This document shows, piece by piece, positions 61,056 to 64,000 of a stretch of 64,000 bases of DNA. A program made the translations under genes and the position numbers. The notes below the pieces were generated by a model. That model was not told the DNA's origin, did not search any database, and saw nothing but the letters and a program-made list of their open reading frames with translations. The stretch lies in assembly GCA_001792345.1 (NCBI GenBank), contig MGGJ01000001.1:217710-281709 (forward strand). Reading direction: 5' to 3'. The DNA comes from Candidatus Woesebacteria bacterium RIFCSPHIGHO2_01_FULL_39_32. Its GTDB lineage: Bacteria > Patescibacteriota > Microgenomatia > UBA8517. Numbering within the stretch: the stretch's first letter is position 1; each line of letters begins with the position of its first letter.

Positions 61056-61322
61056 TTATACCGATGAATGAATTTGAAGTTTTTTCTCTATCCTTTCAAT
61101 TCTCTGTTCGTGATTATTAACTTTCACATTCAGACCTGAAAGTACTGCATGTTCTTCTCTAATTGCCTTTAGTTCCCCCATAACTTCGTCCATTTTATTA
61201 TAAAAATCATCCTTCGTTGATAAATGTCTAATATCTTCTTTCCTAACAAGAGTTACGTCTTCATCAATAGTAACTTTAACCAAGTCTTTAATTGCATTTA
61301 AATCTCCATCTGTCAAAGTCAT
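61056..61322 (-). CDS. Small coiled-coil protein (TKDD motif)
   Basis: LSTKDDF, HEQRIERIEKKL; TTGACA promoter, start ATG 61322. Confidence 0.75.
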   Translation of the reverse strand: MTLTDGDLNAIKDLVKVTIDEDVTLVRKEDIRHLSTKDDFYNKMDEVMGELKAIREEHAVLSGLNVKVNNHEQRIERIEKKLQIHSSV

Positions 61323-61438
61323 ATATCTATTTAACTCTGTGAAAGAAATACTGTCAACGCCACATTTTCTACTCCCATATACCAAATTCTATATGCAAAA
61401 TACCAAAAAACTGGAGTCAAATTTTGAGAAACCAATCC

Positions 61439-61470
61439 TTATTCCAACATTCTCAAGAATGTGAGAATAG
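61439..61470. repeat. 32-bp imperfect palindrome, copy 1
   Basis: TTATTCCAACATTCTCAAGAATGTGAGAATAG, identical at 62315 and 63862. Confidence 0.92.
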
Positions 61471-61560
61471 GGAATTACAATTGAGGTATTGAGATAGACA
61501 AAGTCAGGAATACATAGGTCGTTACGAAAAATTCAAGCCGGGGTCAAATTTGGAGGAACA

Positions 61561-62238
61561 CTAAAAGGGAATATCGTCCTGTGCTCCTTCGTTTTGATGC
61601 GGGAAACACAATCTGTATTTGCACCAAGCACAAGTGTCTGATTCTTCGGGAACAGGACCATTTAACAATCCAGAAACTTCGTCAATCAAACCATAAAATG
61701 AATCCATATCCTCAGAAATCTCAAACCAGTTAGGTTTGGATGTAAAATTAACCCCGCCATTATTAAATTCAATTGATTCTGGCGAAACAATAACCACTCC
61801 CATTTTGCTAACATTTTTGGGTTCAATTCCGTTTTGAGGGTTTTCTAAAGCGAATTTATAGGCGTGAAGCTGACTGGAAAACTTTTGCGCCTTATCCTCA
61901 TTTGGGTCTGAAATTTTAAAATCAATGACACTAAAACTTCCGTCGTCGAGTTTGGTCAGAAAATCAAACCTTCCGGAGATATAGCAATCATTTTTTGACG
62001 GAATCGCGGCAGACTTCAAATACCCCTCTGCAACTTGAATTTTCCCTTTCGGAAGCTCGGAACTTAAATCCTGTAAATCCATGCCGACTAAAGATTTTTG
62101 CAGCAATCCATTCATTTTAGAAAACACTCCGGGGATACCAATTGAAGGCAAAGCTATTCCGTACTTAACCTTTTGAAAATAACAATGCTTACAATCGTTC
62201 CAAAGATACCTAAAGTCAGAAGGCGAGAGTTTGTACAT
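61561..62238 (-). CDS. Cas4/RecB-like PD-(D/E)XK nuclease (PDDEXK_1) with DDIPF tail
   Basis: LSPS, DCKHC, GRFD, IDFK, QLHAY, CAWCKYRLC; TATAAT 8 nt before ATG 62238. Confidence 0.85.
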   Translation of the reverse strand: MYKLSPSDFRYLWNDCKHCYFQKVKYGIALPSIGIPGVFSKMNGLLQKSLVGMDLQDLSSELPKGKIQVAEGYLKSAAIPSKNDCYISGRFDFLTKLDDGSFSVIDFKISDPNEDKAQKFSSQLHAYKFALENPQNGIEPKNVSKMGVVIVSPESIEFNNGGVNFTSKPNWFEISEDMDSFYGLIDEVSGLLNGPVPEESDTCAWCKYRLCFPHQNEGAQDDIPF

Positions 62239-62314
62239 TTGAGACAATTATACCGTAATTCCGAACAAAAGTCGAAGAATTATGGGGTCGAATTTGGAAA
62301 CAAATCATTCAGAA

Positions 62315-62346
62315 TTATTCCAACATTCTCAAGAATGTGAGAATAG
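62315..62346. repeat. 32-bp imperfect palindrome, copy 2 (start of ~120-bp non-coding repeat to 62437)
   Basis: Identical 32-mer; unit 62315-62437 homologous to 63862-63974. Confidence 0.92.
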
Positions 62347-62466
62347 CGATCGAATGAGTTGGGATTTATAAATTGGTTATTTTGTAGAGGAGTTTGTAGA
62401 GAACGGGGGGATAGAAAATTTGGCAGGGGTCAAATTTAGAAAAAATTTAGAGAATATTAACCAGTG

Positions 62467-63255
62467 CTACTTTAATTCAAATATAACATCATAATTATTT
62501 CTCGGTTGCCACGAATGATTACTATCGATTATTTCACCATTACCTCCTATTGTCCTTGTAAATACAAACATCTTTCCGTCATCAACTATATTTTGTTCTG
62601 CAAATGCTAATCCTGCTTGTGTTAAAGTGTCTTCCGATTCGACAGTGATAAAATAATCCTTTCCTCCCATCAATTGAACAGAACGATCTAAAGGAAAGAT
62701 AAACAAACTTTCTTTCGCAATGTCAGCCGCTGGAAATTTCCCGGCAGCTAACATATTAGTTAATTCAACAGTTTTCGGGTCATTCAGTTCGTAAATGTTA
62801 AGGATCAATGAATTACCAATACCAAAACTTCCTTTAAATTGGATCGACGAAATTCGCTTATTCTCTTCTTGATGAAAACTTTGTCCCATCTTTTGAGATT
62901 TATCAAACACAAATTTAACTGGTAAATAATTAGTAAAATAAGGAGGATTTTCTAGCTCATTTATTTTTTTAATATACTCGGATATCTGACTTTCTAAACT
63001 GGATATCTCCTCACTTAATCTTTCTTGTTCAGCCTTAGTCTCGGAAATCTCCTGATTTTTTTGTTCTAAACTCTCTGAAATAGAAGATATTTCTTCAGAT
63101 CGTTTGTTGCTTTGCTGATAAAAATAAGCACCAACAGCAATCGCTACTATTAAAAAAATTGAGAAAACAATAATTATAATCCACAATTTTGGTGACTTTT
63201 TTACAACTTGTTCGGGTTGAGTGTCGATTTGACTATTCGAAAGTTGCTGTTCCAC
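62467..63255 (-). CDS. Membrane-anchored coiled-coil + beta-domain surface protein
   Basis: TM at ~24-45, coiled coil, beta-rich C-terminus; promoter TTGACT-17-TAAATT 7 nt before GTG. Confidence 0.75.
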   Translation of the reverse strand: MEQQLSNSQIDTQPEQVVKKSPKLWIIIIVFSIFLIVAIAVGAYFYQQSNKRSEEISSISESLEQKNQEISETKAEQERLSEEISSLESQISEYIKKINELENPPYFTNYLPVKFVFDKSQKMGQSFHQEENKRISSIQFKGSFGIGNSLILNIYELNDPKTVELTNMLAAGKFPAADIAKESLFIFPLDRSVQLMGGKDYFITVESEDTLTQAGLAFAEQNIVDDGKMFVFTRTIGGNGEIIDSNHSWQPRNNYDVIFELK

Positions 63256-63371
63256 TTATATAAATTTAAAGTAACTGAAACTTTCAGTCAATAGCCGCCA
63301 ATCGAAAAAATATTTAATAAATATATTTTGGGGTCAAATTTGGAGAAACAGTTAAGTATGGAGGTTGCGCT

Positions 63372-63776
63372 CTAATATTTTATAAAAACACTTAAAATGA
63401 GGGGTAATAAAAAATCACTTGCGACAAGAATTGTTGCCAAGATTATCGCAGACCGAGGATTGTTAATTTTAATAGTAACAAATTTTCTGGAACTTAACCA
63501 CAAAATAAGTGAAAAAGCTAATATTTTAAATACGTAATTAATAAAAACCGAAATGATTCCTAAAAACGCAAAGAACGATAACTGTACCATAAATATTTCT
63601 GCTGCCGACCATAATAATTGGAGAAAGAAAGCAAGAACTACAGACGTTTTTAAAGATAAACTTACACCTATTCTAAGCCATTTTGATACATATAAAATAA
63701 TAGCGTTAATTAAAAACTTAATTAATAAACCCAGCAAAATTATTATTAAAAATGCTCGCGCAAAAGATTCAAGCAT
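63372..63776 (-). CDS. Small polytopic membrane protein
   Basis: ~4 TM helices; TTGGCA-18-TAAACT upstream. Confidence 0.65.
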   Translation of the reverse strand: MLESFARAFLIIILLGLLIKFLINAIILYVSKWLRIGVSLSLKTSVVLAFFLQLLWSAAEIFMVQLSFFAFLGIISVFINYVFKILAFSLILWLSSRKFVTIKINNPRSAIILATILVASDFLLPLILSVFIKY

Positions 63777-63861
63777 AAACAAATTATCAGTTTACAATAA
63801 TTAGGTTTATCATGCCAATTTATGTTCAATATTTATTCGGTCAAATTGGGAGAGTATTGTG

Positions 63862-63893
63862 TTATTCCAACATTCTCAAGAATGTGAGAATAG
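63862..63893. repeat. 32-bp imperfect palindrome, copy 3 (start of non-coding repeat to 63974)
   Basis: Identical 32-mer. Confidence 0.92.
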
Positions 63894-64000
63894 CAATTCA
63901 ATGGGTTGGGATTGGTAAATTGGTTTTTGTATGAGAGAGGGGAGGGGTTAGAAAATTTGGCAGGGGTCAAATTTGGAGAAATATTCATACGTTCTGCTGT

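Larger units (their letters stand above)
56940..63980 (+). repeat. Array of 13 direct-repeat ~18-bp motifs GGGGWCAAATTTGRAGAA delimiting gene cassettes
   Basis: Copies start at 56940, 57810, 59938, 60360, 60647, 61030, 61413, 61540, 62284, 62426, 63330, 63837, 63963; all intergenic, same orientation. Confidence 0.9.

Noticed and set aside
60647-61413. Two consecutive motif spacings of exactly 383 bp
   Set aside because: Contents are unrelated and other spacings vary from 126 to 2128 bp; treated as coincidence.
607-63804. Numerous 60-150-aa ORFs in the track overlapping larger genes on the opposite strand or frame
   Set aside because: Shadow ORFs of well-supported genes with no recognisable motifs.
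61439-63893. CRISPR array interpretation of the three identical 32-bp palindromes next to a Cas4-like gene
   Set aside because: Copies are 876 and 1547 bp apart with whole genes between them; no 30-40-bp spacers and no cas1/cas2 in the window.
56940-63980. Classical integron (attC/intI) or pdif modules
   Set aside because: No RYYYAAC...GTTRRRY long hairpins, no XerC/XerD dif consensus recognisable and no integrase in the window; reported as an integron-like candidate only.
56940-63980. Array motif as an intrinsic terminator
   Set aside because: The core TCAAATTTGA/CAAATTTG is an AT-rich dyad with no loop and no following U-tract on the coding strand. A factor-dependent role is not excluded.
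1-64000. tRNA, rRNA, IS transposase or prophage genes
   Set aside because: No cloverleaf or rRNA signatures and no transposase, integrase or phage structural motifs recognised by eye.

Overview
AT-rich bacterial chromosomal segment. Gene content and style (minimal dcw cluster, alpha2-type glycyl-tRNA synthetase, short RecO, DUF4012 protein, stand-alone PEP-utilizer His-domain proteins, many promoters abutting start codons) suggest a Patescibacteria/CPR genome, probably Microgenomates (inference, no search run). 1-25.7 kb: large surface-glycan locus (GT2, GT4, GT-C membrane glycosyltransferases, O-antigen ligase-like protein, acyltransferase, Man-1-P guanylyltransferase, priming sugar transferase), interrupted by a CYTH gene and a block of three PEP-utilizer mobile-domain genes, one of them frameshifted in an A9 run. 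25.7-32.4 kb: recO, a STAS-like/PAS histidine kinase/receiver module, DUF2130, glyQS. 32.4-54.8 kb: dcw cluster mraZ to ftsZ with extra genes (class IV aminotransferase, alpha/beta hydrolase, membrane-anchored MurF, DegT aminotransferase, FemABX). 54.8-64 kb: accessory region. Its main feature is an array of 13 same-orientation copies of an ~18-bp intergenic motif (GGGGWCAAATTTGRAGAA). The copies delimit mostly single minus-strand genes, each with its own promoter, and three ORF-less units that carry an identical 32-bp palindrome. This is a candidate integron-like cassette system without attC sites. It runs off the right edge, and no recombinase is visible in the window.
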